64,000 nt of DNA. It comes from a virus. The position numbers were made by a program, and so were the translations under genes. Shown here in pieces: positions 9,653-18,913 of this stretch. Location of the stretch: the IMG/VR virus record IMGVR_UViG_3300032325_000466, positions 64,001-128,000 of that record, one strand, 5' to 3'. The notes below the pieces were generated by a model. That model saw only the letters and a list, made by a program, of their open reading frames with translations, was not told the DNA's origin and made no database searches. The stretch's first letter is position 1, and every line of letters starts with the position of its first letter.

Positions 9653-10216
9653 TTAGTTGATTGCTTTGGTAGCTGTAGGGTTATCTGAAGGTTTTGACTT
9701 GGTGTCTATGGTTTGAGAATATGATTTAAGAAGGTCTTTGTTTAGTTTAAAAAATTGTTCAAATTCAATTAATACCCAATCTTGATACTTTTTTGATGTG
9801 TAATACATAAAATTATCAGTGATCCAAGTAAGTTTACTTTGCACTGCAATGAAACGACCCTTGCGGTTAAATTTCATAAAAAGAATGTTTACATCATCTA
9901 TTTCTGCAACGGCCATCAATTGCTCTATCCAGCCGTCTAATACTTTACTATCGCCTGCAAGTACTGCATGAAAAGGAAAGTCTGCGTAAGATTTACATTC
10001 AATGTTCATTTTACTAAAGCTTTGACCAGGAACAATGTCACCTTTAAAGGATCTGATCTGCCCCTCATGCAAAAACTCTGTACGACTTTGATTCTTTCCA
10101 CCAACATATGCCCCTGAACCAGGTGCCCTGATAAAGCTCTCTTCATATAGCTTGGATAGAAAAGTCGCAACTTCTCGTTCAAAACTACTTCCTTTGGCTT
10201 TTTGTGGACTAGGCAT
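9653..10216 (-). CDS. Holliday junction resolvase-like PD-(D/E)XK nuclease
   Basis: KAKGSSFEREVA..L, GDI, IECK motifs; downstream of gp46/gp47. Confidence 0.8.
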   Translation of the reverse strand: MPSPQKAKGSSFEREVATFLSKLYEESFIRAPGSGAYVGGKNQSRTEFLHEGQIRSFKGDIVPGQSFSKMNIECKSYADFPFHAVLAGDSKVLDGWIEQLMAVAEIDDVNILFMKFNRKGRFIAVQSKLTWITDNFMYYTSKKYQDWVLIEFEQFFKLNKDLLKSYSQTIDTKSKPSDNPTATKAIN

Positions 10217-10251
10217 GTTAGTACTTATACTTTATTATCTGAGTTAAAAAA

Positions 10252-12324
10252 TTATTCTATATCTACTGAAGTAGCGTAGCTAGTAAAGCCACCCTCTTTG
10301 ATTACTTTTAGTACACTGGGAACACGACCTGCTAGCTCCTCACGATGACTAACTAACCAAATACTCTTTTGACGACGCCTAGACATATCTTTTAAGATAG
10401 CGATACTATTTTCAACACCCATAGTATCTAGACCCGAGTCTATCAGTTCATCAATGAAAAGCGTATTTATAGGAGAATATAGATTTTCCCAAACATCTCT
10501 AAACGCAAAGCTTAGACCCAATATAAGACGATTACGCTCACCCCTGGATAAATTATCAAAGTCTAATTCACGACCCAACTCAGTAATTTCTACAGTTAGA
10601 TCATTTTTAAAGATAACTTGATGTGGTAGTCCAATTTTATCTAAGTAATGGGTTAGTCTAGCATTTAAATAGCTAAGATTTTGGTCAATGATCTTTTTAC
10701 GAACAAATGAATCTTTGCTAGTTAATAAATCAAGTAGAAACTTTTCATGCTCCATTTTGCGAGTTAGCACATTAATCCTATCAAAATTGATTTCTTGTAG
10801 CGCCTGACTCTCCATTTCTGCTATTTGTTCAGCATAGGGATCAGACTCTAAATTCTTGTTAGTAATTTGGACTAGTAATGACTCTACTCTGCTGCTATGC
10901 TTTACAGCCGCACTTTCAGTATCGTAGTGAGTTTTAGGCTGTACTCCCAGTGTTAAATCAGTATGCTCTAATAATTGCTCGGCATAAGGATCAACCTCAC
11001 TCTTTTTAGCGTCAATTTTTTGCTGAATAGAATCAATTTCACTACTATGTTTGATAGCTTCAGTTTCAGTTTTATAGTGTGTAGTAGGCTTAGTGGGTAC
11101 AAATACTTCGTTTGCTTCTAATGTAGCATATTCACTAGCTAATACGTCCGCTGCTTTTCTACTTTCTGTTAAATCTTTTATTTTTTTGTCTAGAACTGTG
11201 GCATGCTCTTCATCATGAAAGTCTTGCTTACATGCATAACATTTATGATCTTTAAGAGTTTGAACCTCAGTATCTAACTTTGCCCAATTTTTGTTTTCTT
11301 TATCTAGTTCTTTTTTAATTCTGGCAAGTTGGAGTTTACGGTCATCTGACTGCTTAACACAATCATTATAAACTACCAAATTTTTGTGTGCTTGTAGCTC
11401 ATCCTCAATGTAAATAGTATTGAGTGTACTTAATTGTTTGGTTAGATTTCTTATTTCTTCTTCTTGTTTTTGTTTCCAAGCAGTTTGCCTAGCCAATAAA
11501 CTATTATGCCGATCTAGCTTTTCTTTATTTTGTAGCCAAACCGCTAATTCTTTATGTGCTTTAAGTTCGCTAATGATATCAATATGGCTTAGCTCATCGT
11601 ATTCATTTACTAGCTTAACTAAATCTTCATCGTGTTTGGTTTGCCAAAGCTTTTCTCTACGCTTTAGCGAATCAATTTGTTCTTTAACTCGCTTATTGGC
11701 TTCTTCAATTGCTTTGACTCTGAATTCTTCTTGTTGTATAGCATCTTTGCTATCTCTAAGCATGGTCTTAATAATCTCGCCCTTTTCACTTAGTAGCGTG
11801 ATCCCAAGCAACTGTTCAATGATGTTTCGTTGATCATTGCTTTTCATTGCTAGAAAAGGTTCGGAGTAAGTATTAAGTGCTATAATGTGCTTGAACATAT
11901 CGGCCGACATGTTAATGATTTTTTCAATCTGTGCTTGCGTTTCTTTATTCTCGCCCTGAGCATCATCTTGAACTTTTTGTTGAACATCATTTACATAGAA
12001 TCTAAGGATATTGGGTTTTCGACCACGTTCGATTTTATACTCGATCCCATTTACACTAAATTCCAATGTAACCAACATAGCTTTACCGTTTGTACGATTT
12101 ACTAAATTGTCTTTACGAATAGAATTGATAGGGATCCCAAACAGCGCATAGCTAAGACCCTGGATAAGAGTAGTTTTACCTGTACCATTTCTAGCACCAT
12201 CACCCCCTAAGTCTAAATTCTCACCCAAGATTAGAGTTAAATCTTGACGATCAAAATTTACAGCTTGGGTGACAGCACCAATAGATAAAAAATTACGAAG
12301 AGAAATATTTTTTAGTATAATCAT
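10252..12324 (-). CDS. gp46: Recombination ATPase subunit (Rad50/SbcC family)
   Basis: Walker A NGTGKT, zinc hook CYAC, signature LSRGE, Walker B LFIDE, LVSH. Confidence 0.95.
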   Translation of the reverse strand: MIILKNISLRNFLSIGAVTQAVNFDRQDLTLILGENLDLGGDGARNGTGKTTLIQGLSYALFGIPINSIRKDNLVNRTNGKAMLVTLEFSVNGIEYKIERGRKPNILRFYVNDVQQKVQDDAQGENKETQAQIEKIINMSADMFKHIIALNTYSEPFLAMKSNDQRNIIEQLLGITLLSEKGEIIKTMLRDSKDAIQQEEFRVKAIEEANKRVKEQIDSLKRREKLWQTKHDEDLVKLVNEYDELSHIDIISELKAHKELAVWLQNKEKLDRHNSLLARQTAWKQKQEEEIRNLTKQLSTLNTIYIEDELQAHKNLVVYNDCVKQSDDRKLQLARIKKELDKENKNWAKLDTEVQTLKDHKCYACKQDFHDEEHATVLDKKIKDLTESRKAADVLASEYATLEANEVFVPTKPTTHYKTETEAIKHSSEIDSIQQKIDAKKSEVDPYAEQLLEHTDLTLGVQPKTHYDTESAAVKHSSRVESLLVQITNKNLESDPYAEQIAEMESQALQEINFDRINVLTRKMEHEKFLLDLLTSKDSFVRKKIIDQNLSYLNARLTHYLDKIGLPHQVIFKNDLTVEITELGRELDFDNLSRGERNRLILGLSFAFRDVWENLYSPINTLFIDELIDSGLDTMGVENSIAILKDMSRRRQKSIWLVSHREELAGRVPSVLKVIKEGGFTSYATSVDIE

Positions 12325-12542
12325 TTTAATCTCGTAAAAAAGCTCCTTTTGAGTCCTCTTTCAGCCCGCAGCGTGCGTTCCATTATACCTTCAAGTTTAA
12401 GCTTAACCCCGATTAACTGTCGCTGCTCTCTTAAACAACCTATATAAGAATGAGTGTTTGTTATCTCAGCTAGCGCAATGCCCAAGCATTTATTAATTTT
12501 AATCAAAGATTCTAATTTTTTATCTGCTTGACTTGATCTCAT
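12321..12542 (-). CDS. Hypothetical protein
   Basis: 73 aa ORF overlapping gp47 stop and gp46 start by 4 nt each. Confidence 0.55.
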   Translation of the reverse strand: MRSSQADKKLESLIKINKCLGIALAEITNTHSYIGCLREQRQLIGVKLKLEGIMERTLRAERGLKRSFFTRLK

Positions 12543-13555
12543 AAACTGTTATAAATCTCTAATAGAATGCGTTTGTCGAACGAGTTAGATTCGATAGCAT
12601 TAATCTGATCCAAAATAATTTGATCTACACTTTCAAATTTAAGATCACCAGTAGCAGGATCTTGCCCTGCTTGTTCTATTTTCATAGGTATTAGTGCCAT
12701 TTCTCTTAGCTTATGTTCTGGGATAAGTGTTTCTCTAATAAAATTGGCTTCTTCATATGAAATATCAATATCAAGATGCACTCTAACATGCGAATCGGGC
12801 AACAGCAATCCTTTTGGGTTTTCTAACACATCACTTAGCTTGTGAACTCTGAAAAGAGGTTGATTGGGCCAAGAATGAAATTCTGGCTCTTCACCCCAAG
12901 ATAGTATCATCATACCCCTAGCATCATCTCCCGCATCTGCATAATTGTGGGGGAAAGCGTTACCAATATACCAAATATTCTTTCTGCTTTGTCGTTTATG
13001 AAAATGTCCTGAAAATACTTTATCAAATCCAGTCATGTGATTCTCATTGATTTCCCCATGATCAGGCATTTCAATCATAGCATTCATAAAAAAATGAGGT
13101 AGCTCAAGATGCCCAAACATATACTTTGCAGACATTTTTTGTAACTTTTTATAATCTTCTTGAACTAACCATGGGGCAATAACCACATCGTCTTGTTTAA
13201 AAAACTCATTAACAATGGTTACTCTGGGTAAATGCTTTGCCCATGCCACACTGTGAATATCTCTGCGATCACGATAGTAAAGATCGTGATTACCAGGAAT
13301 AAAGAATACCTGATCAAAATTATCGTTGAGTTTTTCAAGAGCCTGCAGCCCAAACTGAAGAGTATGAATATTGATACTTGCTCTGTGGTGATTGTAGTCG
13401 CCCAAAAAGAAACAAGTTTCACACCCCTCAGCTTTAGCTTTAGCTATGAACCAATCTACGAAATTGGTACAGTCTTGGTTATGTTGTAGGCTATTGCTTT
13501 TCAAACCGAAATGAATATCAGTGAATGCAGCCGCTTTTTTAAATAATGTAGTCAT
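12539..13555 (-). CDS. gp47: Recombination nuclease subunit (Mre11/SbcD family)
   Basis: Metallophosphoesterase motifs DIHFG, LGD, GNHD, GH.E, SGHFH. Confidence 0.95.
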   Translation of the reverse strand: MTTLFKKAAAFTDIHFGLKSNSLQHNQDCTNFVDWFIAKAKAEGCETCFFLGDYNHHRASINIHTLQFGLQALEKLNDNFDQVFFIPGNHDLYYRDRRDIHSVAWAKHLPRVTIVNEFFKQDDVVIAPWLVQEDYKKLQKMSAKYMFGHLELPHFFMNAMIEMPDHGEINENHMTGFDKVFSGHFHKRQSRKNIWYIGNAFPHNYADAGDDARGMMILSWGEEPEFHSWPNQPLFRVHKLSDVLENPKGLLLPDSHVRVHLDIDISYEEANFIRETLIPEHKLREMALIPMKIEQAGQDPATGDLKFESVDQIILDQINAIESNSFDKRILLEIYNSL

Positions 13556-13562
13556 CTACTCT

Positions 13563-13591
13563 ATTATACAGATAAGATAAGTGATTAACAA
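13563..13591 (-). promoter_or_regulatory. Sigma70-type promoter for gp47 (leaderless)
   Basis: TTGTTA-17 nt-TATAAT, then 7 nt to ATG. Confidence 0.55.
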
Positions 13592-13605
13592 TAGCGAAGG
13601 TTACC

Positions 13606-14511
13606 TTATTCTTCATAAACGGTAGAACTAACCCCACCAGCACCACCTTGACGCGACCAACTTGGGTTAAGGCCGTTGATTTCCAAAATATCATCACGAA
13701 TATTTTGGTTACGCTTTTCAGTGTTTAGCACTCGACAAAATGAATTAGTTATAGCAGCAGTGTAATATGCAAATGGGTTAGCACTTTTCGCTTCATTAAA
13801 TCGAAGACCAACATAAGTTAGCTGTAGAATAGCACTGTTTTGCATTTCATCACGATAAGTGTATCCACGCCAGTTATACTTCATAGCATATTTTTCGCAC
13901 ATCATGATATACATTCGGGCTAGTGTATTGGTAAGCTGCCCATGATCTTTGCTAAACGAACCAGACACCAAATCACCCTGCCAATGACTTTTACCTACAC
14001 AGTAAAAGCTATTATTATCGTCAATCTTAAAATGCTGAAAGGGTGGGAAATTGACCTTAACATGAACCATATCGTCTATTTCTCTTGCAGTAACTACACC
14101 CTCTAAGTCTTCAAACAGTGAGTCGGATTCAATGATTTCAAGTTCAAAAATGTCTTTGGCTGTTTTCTTTTTAACAGTTTTTCTAGGTTGTTTGGGTGCA
14201 ACTGGAATATGATCCCAACACATTACGCGAAATACTAAGTCAGTGACAGGGATAGTAGTTGGGTCTATTTTTGTTCCCAGTTCTTGTCCTAACCTAACAG
14301 CACGATTTTCTTGTGCTTGCTGTATAATTTCTGGTTTGAAGGCATATTCTAAACTGGTATTAATGGGATCTTGGGGCATATCAACGATAAAATCATAGCG
14401 ATGATATTCAGGTTGTTCATAAAAACAGTAAGTATTTTTACTTGCGTGGATCTCTTTGAGTATATCTTTGTTGTTAAGATAATTGATTGGTTTTTTGTAT
14501 GGTATAGACAT
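13606..14511 (-). CDS. gp55: Late-transcription sigma factor with a large internal insertion
   Basis: NYLNNKDIL.EI..SK, YTYRDEM, NPFAYYT..I.NSF.R..EK motifs; start moved to ATG 14511 (SD AAGGA) from the track's 14559. Confidence 0.85.
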   Translation of the reverse strand: MSIPYKKPINYLNNKDILKEIHASKNTYCFYEQPEYHRYDFIVDMPQDPINTSLEYAFKPEIIQQAQENRAVRLGQELGTKIDPTTIPVTDLVFRVMCWDHIPVAPKQPRKTVKKKTAKDIFELEIIESDSLFEDLEGVVTAREIDDMVHVKVNFPPFQHFKIDDNNSFYCVGKSHWQGDLVSGSFSKDHGQLTNTLARMYIMMCEKYAMKYNWRGYTYRDEMQNSAILQLTYVGLRFNEAKSANPFAYYTAAITNSFCRVLNTEKRNQNIRDDILEINGLNPSWSRQGGAGGVSSTVYEE

Positions 14512-14535
14512 AGCTTCCTTATATAGTTTTTTACT

Positions 14536-14564
14536 ATTATACAGCCTTGAGAACCGCAAATCAA
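14536..14564 (-). promoter_or_regulatory. Sigma70-type promoter for gp55
   Basis: TTGATT-17 nt-TATAAT. Confidence 0.55.
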
Positions 14565-14599
14565 CCTATTATAGTTAAAAAGGGCACATTTTTGAAACG

Positions 14600-14628
14600 A
14601 TAAATATAGTGTAGAGATAGTATTTATA
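14600..14628. promoter_or_regulatory. Face-to-face late promoter pair (TAAATA + at 14601-14606; TATAAATA - at 14621-14628)
   Basis: Inverted copies at the divergent gp55/baseplate junction. Confidence 0.55.
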
Positions 14629-14646
14629 CATAGGATATTAAGCATT

Positions 14647-16104
14647 ATGAGTCAAACTGCCGCTCAACAATTAGCCCAAGCACTAACAAAAAAACAGGCT
14701 GAGATTGCTAGTACCAAAAAAACTTTGGCTATTCAAACTCAACAACTTGCGGTTAGTCGAGCGGAGCTGGCGGCACAGGCTAAATTGGTAAATGATGCTA
14801 CGCAAAGTTTGCTTGCATATAAAGCAACATTAACCGATCCTGTACAACGAGCAGGTGTTGATCAATCTATAGCTGCGCTACAACCTAAGTTAATAGCACT
14901 GCAAAATCAAACATCTGGGCTACAGTCTGCGGTTAATTTTACTCGTTCTACTTTAAACACACAACAAACTGCTGCCGCTAATATTCAAAAACAGATTACA
15001 ACAGAAGAAAATTCTGCTAGCCAAACTGGGCCTGTCCCATCTGATACCAACAATGTAACGGATAACTCAGTAGTTAACACGACTGCTACTGAGATACCAG
15101 AACCTATAAGTCCCGTAGATCCTACACTGGGCGAGCTTGGTATTAATACAGCAATAATACCTAAGGCAGCTCCTGACCCTATAGATACTAATACATTGGG
15201 TGAACTTGGTATTAACACTGATCAACTAGTACCTGATCAAACATCCGCAGAAACAGCTAGGTTAGCCAGACAATCTAATGCTACTGGATTAGTAAAACAA
15301 ACTCGCTCGGATGCGGTCAAGGCTACAGCGATAAATCAACCTACTCAATCGGATTGGAGAGTTAGATTACATTTAGCTAAAAATGCAAATTATTTATACA
15401 ATGTGGCTAAACCGGGGGATTTATTGTTTCCTTTAAAAGATACTGAAGGAGTAATATTTCCCTATACGCCTTCAATTCAAGTTCAATATGCAGCTTCTTA
15501 TTCCCCTGCAGAAGTAGTACACTCTAACTATAAAATATTTCAATACAAAGGTAGTAGTGTGGACACAGTAACAATAACCTGTGATTTTACTGCACAGGAT
15601 AATAGTGAAGCGAATTATTTGTTAGCAGTAATACATTTCTTTAGATCCGTTACAAAAATGTTTTATGGTCAAGATCAAAATCCTAATCCTGGCGTTCCTC
15701 CCCCGTTGTGTTACCTTACTGGGTTAGGGGAATTTCAATTTAATAATCATTCATTAGTGGTAACTGGATTTACATATGATTTACCAACAGACGTTGATTA
15801 TATAAGAGCCGGTAGCCCAACTACAATTGCAGGAACACCATTAAATAATTTTAGACCAAATACCGGTATAGCAGATTCAGTAAAAATTCGCACAACAAAC
15901 AATAACGTGCCTATTGGAGGTCGACCATTTACACCTATGTTTCAACAATCATCTTATCTATCAAGTTCAAGTGTTACATATGTACCAACAAAAATGAAAA
16001 TGTCTATCGTTTGTTCACCTGTAGTTAGTCGCAATCAAGTTAGTAATGGGTTTAGTCTTAAACAATATGCTACCGGTGCATTAATTAAAGGAGGTTTTTG
16101 GTAA
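14647..16104 (+). CDS. Baseplate/tail-tube initiator-like protein with N-terminal coiled coil
   Basis: FPYTP.I.V.Y.A.Y..HSNY, FTAQ..EA.YLLAVIHFFRS.TKMFYG domain; position before gp53. Confidence 0.5.
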   Translation: MSQTAAQQLAQALTKKQAEIASTKKTLAIQTQQLAVSRAELAAQAKLVNDATQSLLAYKATLTDPVQRAGVDQSIAALQPKLIALQNQTSGLQSAVNFTRSTLNTQQTAAANIQKQITTEENSASQTGPVPSDTNNVTDNSVVNTTATEIPEPISPVDPTLGELGINTAIIPKAAPDPIDTNTLGELGINTDQLVPDQTSAETARLARQSNATGLVKQTRSDAVKATAINQPTQSDWRVRLHLAKNANYLYNVAKPGDLLFPLKDTEGVIFPYTPSIQVQYAASYSPAEVVHSNYKIFQYKGSSVDTVTITCDFTAQDNSEANYLLAVIHFFRSVTKMFYGQDQNPNPGVPPPLCYLTGLGEFQFNNHSLVVTGFTYDLPTDVDYIRAGSPTTIAGTPLNNFRPNTGIADSVKIRTTNNNVPIGGRPFTPMFQQSSYLSSSSVTYVPTKMKMSIVCSPVVSRNQVSNGFSLKQYATGALIKGGFW

Positions 16105-16412
16105 TGCAAAATTTTGTATATCCTGCATCAAGTCCATATAACATTACGGATACGGTAAATGATAACTTTTTAGATGTTATGATTAATCGTCCTATACCTA
16201 AAAATGCATCAGATATCTATTGGATCATAACTCAAACTTATAATTTAAGACCTGATTTATTAGCGTATGATACTTATGGTGATCCAAGACTATGGTGGGT
16301 ATTTGGGCAGCGTAATCCAAACACACTAAAAGATCCAATGTTTGATTTCGTTACTGGTGTTGGTATTTACTTGCCTACATCCGACACATTAATACAATCA
16401 TTAGGGGTGTAA
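16104..16412 (+). CDS. gp53: Baseplate wedge protein (gp53/LysM-like)
   Basis: RPDLLAYD.YGD.RLWWV motif; TAATG stop/start overlap at 16102-16106. Confidence 0.75.
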   Translation: MQNFVYPASSPYNITDTVNDNFLDVMINRPIPKNASDIYWIITQTYNLRPDLLAYDTYGDPRLWWVFGQRNPNTLKDPMFDFVTGVGIYLPTSDTLIQSLGV

Positions 16413-16413
16413 T

Positions 16414-18879
16414 ATGGCTACGCAAAATCAAGCTAATGATGATAATCAAAGTGCAGCCGAAACAGCCAGATTGAATCGGTCTAACCCAACTACATCTACT
16501 AACTCTACTGTATCTACAAATGCTGATTTACCTGGTAGAAGATTGAAAAATCCATTAGGAGATTTTGCAAGCTACACCTATCAACTTAGTCTTTATATGG
16601 TAACACCTGATGCGTATGAATTATTTATAAGATCAGGTAGAAAAAATATAAATTCATTATTACAATCTTCGGCAGGAGTAGATCCAAATACTTTAGGTGA
16701 GTTGGGTATTAATACAAATAGAACCAATGCCACCGGTGGCGCCTTTATTGTTGCACAAAGTGGCGGAGTTAATCCTACTAATAATCTTCGCGCCCCCGGG
16801 ATGAATCTAGATTATTATATAGATGACCTAAGTATAAAGCATAGTATTACTGGAAAAGCTACAGAATCTGCAATTAATATAACAGACATGAAATTTTCAA
16901 TAATAGAACCATATGGGTTTGCTTTTAATACACAATTGATGCAAGCTTTCGAAACAATAAAAAAAAATAGTAAAATTAAAGATTATCAAGAAAGTGCTGG
17001 ACAATACAGACAATTCTTTATTTTAGGAATTAGATTTCAAGGATACACTCCAGATGGTACCCCTGCAACACCTGATAAATTTTTCTCATCAGATACCTTT
17101 AATCCTTCTGCATCAGCCAGTGGTGTATTTGAAAGATTTTTTGATATAAAAATAACATCAATTAAATTTAGAATTGATGGTACTATGACTAGATATACTG
17201 TTACAGCCTCTACGGCTCCTCCGCAATTGGCATTTGGTCAAAAATATGGTGTAGTAGATGACAAGATATCAATAACCGCAGATACTGCAGGTAAGGCATT
17301 ATCCTCATTAATGAATGCCTTAAATAAAAATCAACAGGGTAGAAATGTAAATATTCAATATGAAATTGAATATTTAGGAGAGGCGAACCCTATTAAAAAT
17401 GCTAGCATGATAAACCCCGGGGATGTAGATAAAGCAAAACGACCCGGTAGTAACGCACAAACCTCTGCCCAAGTAAATGAAGCGACTGCGAGCACCGCAA
17501 TAGCAAATAATACAAAACGAATCATTGAAATAAACAATGGCACTTCAGTAGCACAAGCAATAGAACAAATAATTAAACAGAGTAGTTATTTGCGCGATGC
17601 ATTAACAACTATATACACTACCCAAGAAACACCAAATAAAGAAACTGCATCCCCTGATGTAATAGTAAATAAAAATCCACGGGACATTCAATGGTATAAT
17701 TTAGGAGCAAGAGTAGAAACATTGGCATGGGATACAAAAGTAGGTGATTTTTCTTATAAAATAACTTATGTTATTCAACCATATAAAACCCCCTCTACTT
17801 ATACGCCGTATGGAAAAACAAATTCATATTATGGTCCTCATAAAAGATATAATTATTGGTTTACTGGTAAGAATAGCGAAATTCTAGAGTATACACAAAC
17901 ATTGGATAATCTTTATTATAACATAGTACAAACTCCCAGCAGCGATCCCAATTCACCTAGATATTTAGAAGGTCCCGACGTACCTTCAATTCCAGATAAA
18001 CTCAATGATTATGATCGAACCAATAGCTTAAATATTAGTCAAGCCGCAGAAAATCAATATCTTACTAGTTTGTATTCTCCCGGAAACTGGGCCGAAGCAA
18101 CCATTAAAATTTTAGGAGACCCTGATTTTTTAATGAATGATTCACCTGGATCATTAAATGAAGTATACCGAGCATATTATGGCAATGATGGTTTTACTAT
18201 TAACCCCAATGGCGGACAAGTTTTTGTAGAAATTAATTTTAATGAGGGTAGAGATTATAACAATAATACAGGATTATTAGATATTAATCAATCTATAATA
18301 TTTTGGGCAGAACCAAATGGAGTACCGATAAACACTAAGATTAATGGCATCTCCTATTTAGTAACGGAGGTTGAGAGCGTGTTTTCGGGTGGTAGCTTCA
18401 CTCAAAAACTGAAGTTAAACCATAGCACAGTTCCTTATACTCAAAACGAGAAAACTGCAAGCAACGCTGAAAGAGAAAATAGTAACACTCCTGAAGGAGA
18501 CAACAGGACACCATCTTCTCGGGGCGGCACAACAAAAACAACCCCCTCACCAAATGGTTCGGTGTCGCAGTCTACTGGATTTGTTCAAGATGATGCTACT
18601 GGAGTAGATGCCCAAGTTAAACGAATACAAGCACCGGCGCAAAATAAATCAAGTACTACCAATCCCCCTGCGGTTATACCTACGAATTTTGGGATTGTCG
18701 CAGATGATGATTCTACTGCATTTATTGGCACTACACAGGCAGGTAAAGCGGGTAATGGTTCTTCCAATAATAGAGAACAAGTAAAGGCCAATGCCACTTT
18801 AGTAACAACAGCAGGAACAGGTAGAACAATTAGCGTCCCTTTCAGTGGACGTGGCGGCGGCAGGACCAATCCACAATAA
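16414..18879 (+). CDS. Baseplate hub protein (gp27-like)
   Basis: Located between gp53 and gp5; I.ILGDP motif near the C-terminus. Confidence 0.5.
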   Translation: MATQNQANDDNQSAAETARLNRSNPTTSTNSTVSTNADLPGRRLKNPLGDFASYTYQLSLYMVTPDAYELFIRSGRKNINSLLQSSAGVDPNTLGELGINTNRTNATGGAFIVAQSGGVNPTNNLRAPGMNLDYYIDDLSIKHSITGKATESAINITDMKFSIIEPYGFAFNTQLMQAFETIKKNSKIKDYQESAGQYRQFFILGIRFQGYTPDGTPATPDKFFSSDTFNPSASASGVFERFFDIKITSIKFRIDGTMTRYTVTASTAPPQLAFGQKYGVVDDKISITADTAGKALSSLMNALNKNQQGRNVNIQYEIEYLGEANPIKNASMINPGDVDKAKRPGSNAQTSAQVNEATASTAIANNTKRIIEINNGTSVAQAIEQIIKQSSYLRDALTTIYTTQETPNKETASPDVIVNKNPRDIQWYNLGARVETLAWDTKVGDFSYKITYVIQPYKTPSTYTPYGKTNSYYGPHKRYNYWFTGKNSEILEYTQTLDNLYYNIVQTPSSDPNSPRYLEGPDVPSIPDKLNDYDRTNSLNISQAAENQYLTSLYSPGNWAEATIKILGDPDFLMNDSPGSLNEVYRAYYGNDGFTINPNGGQVFVEINFNEGRDYNNNTGLLDINQSIIFWAEPNGVPINTKINGISYLVTEVESVFSGGSFTQKLKLNHSTVPYTQNEKTASNAERENSNTPEGDNRTPSSRGGTTKTTPSPNGSVSQSTGFVQDDATGVDAQVKRIQAPAQNKSSTTNPPAVIPTNFGIVADDDSTAFIGTTQAGKAGNGSSNNREQVKANATLVTTAGTGRTISVPFSGRGGGRTNPQ

Positions 18880-18913
18880 ATAACCATAAATAACAGGAAA
18901 GAGTTAACAATAT

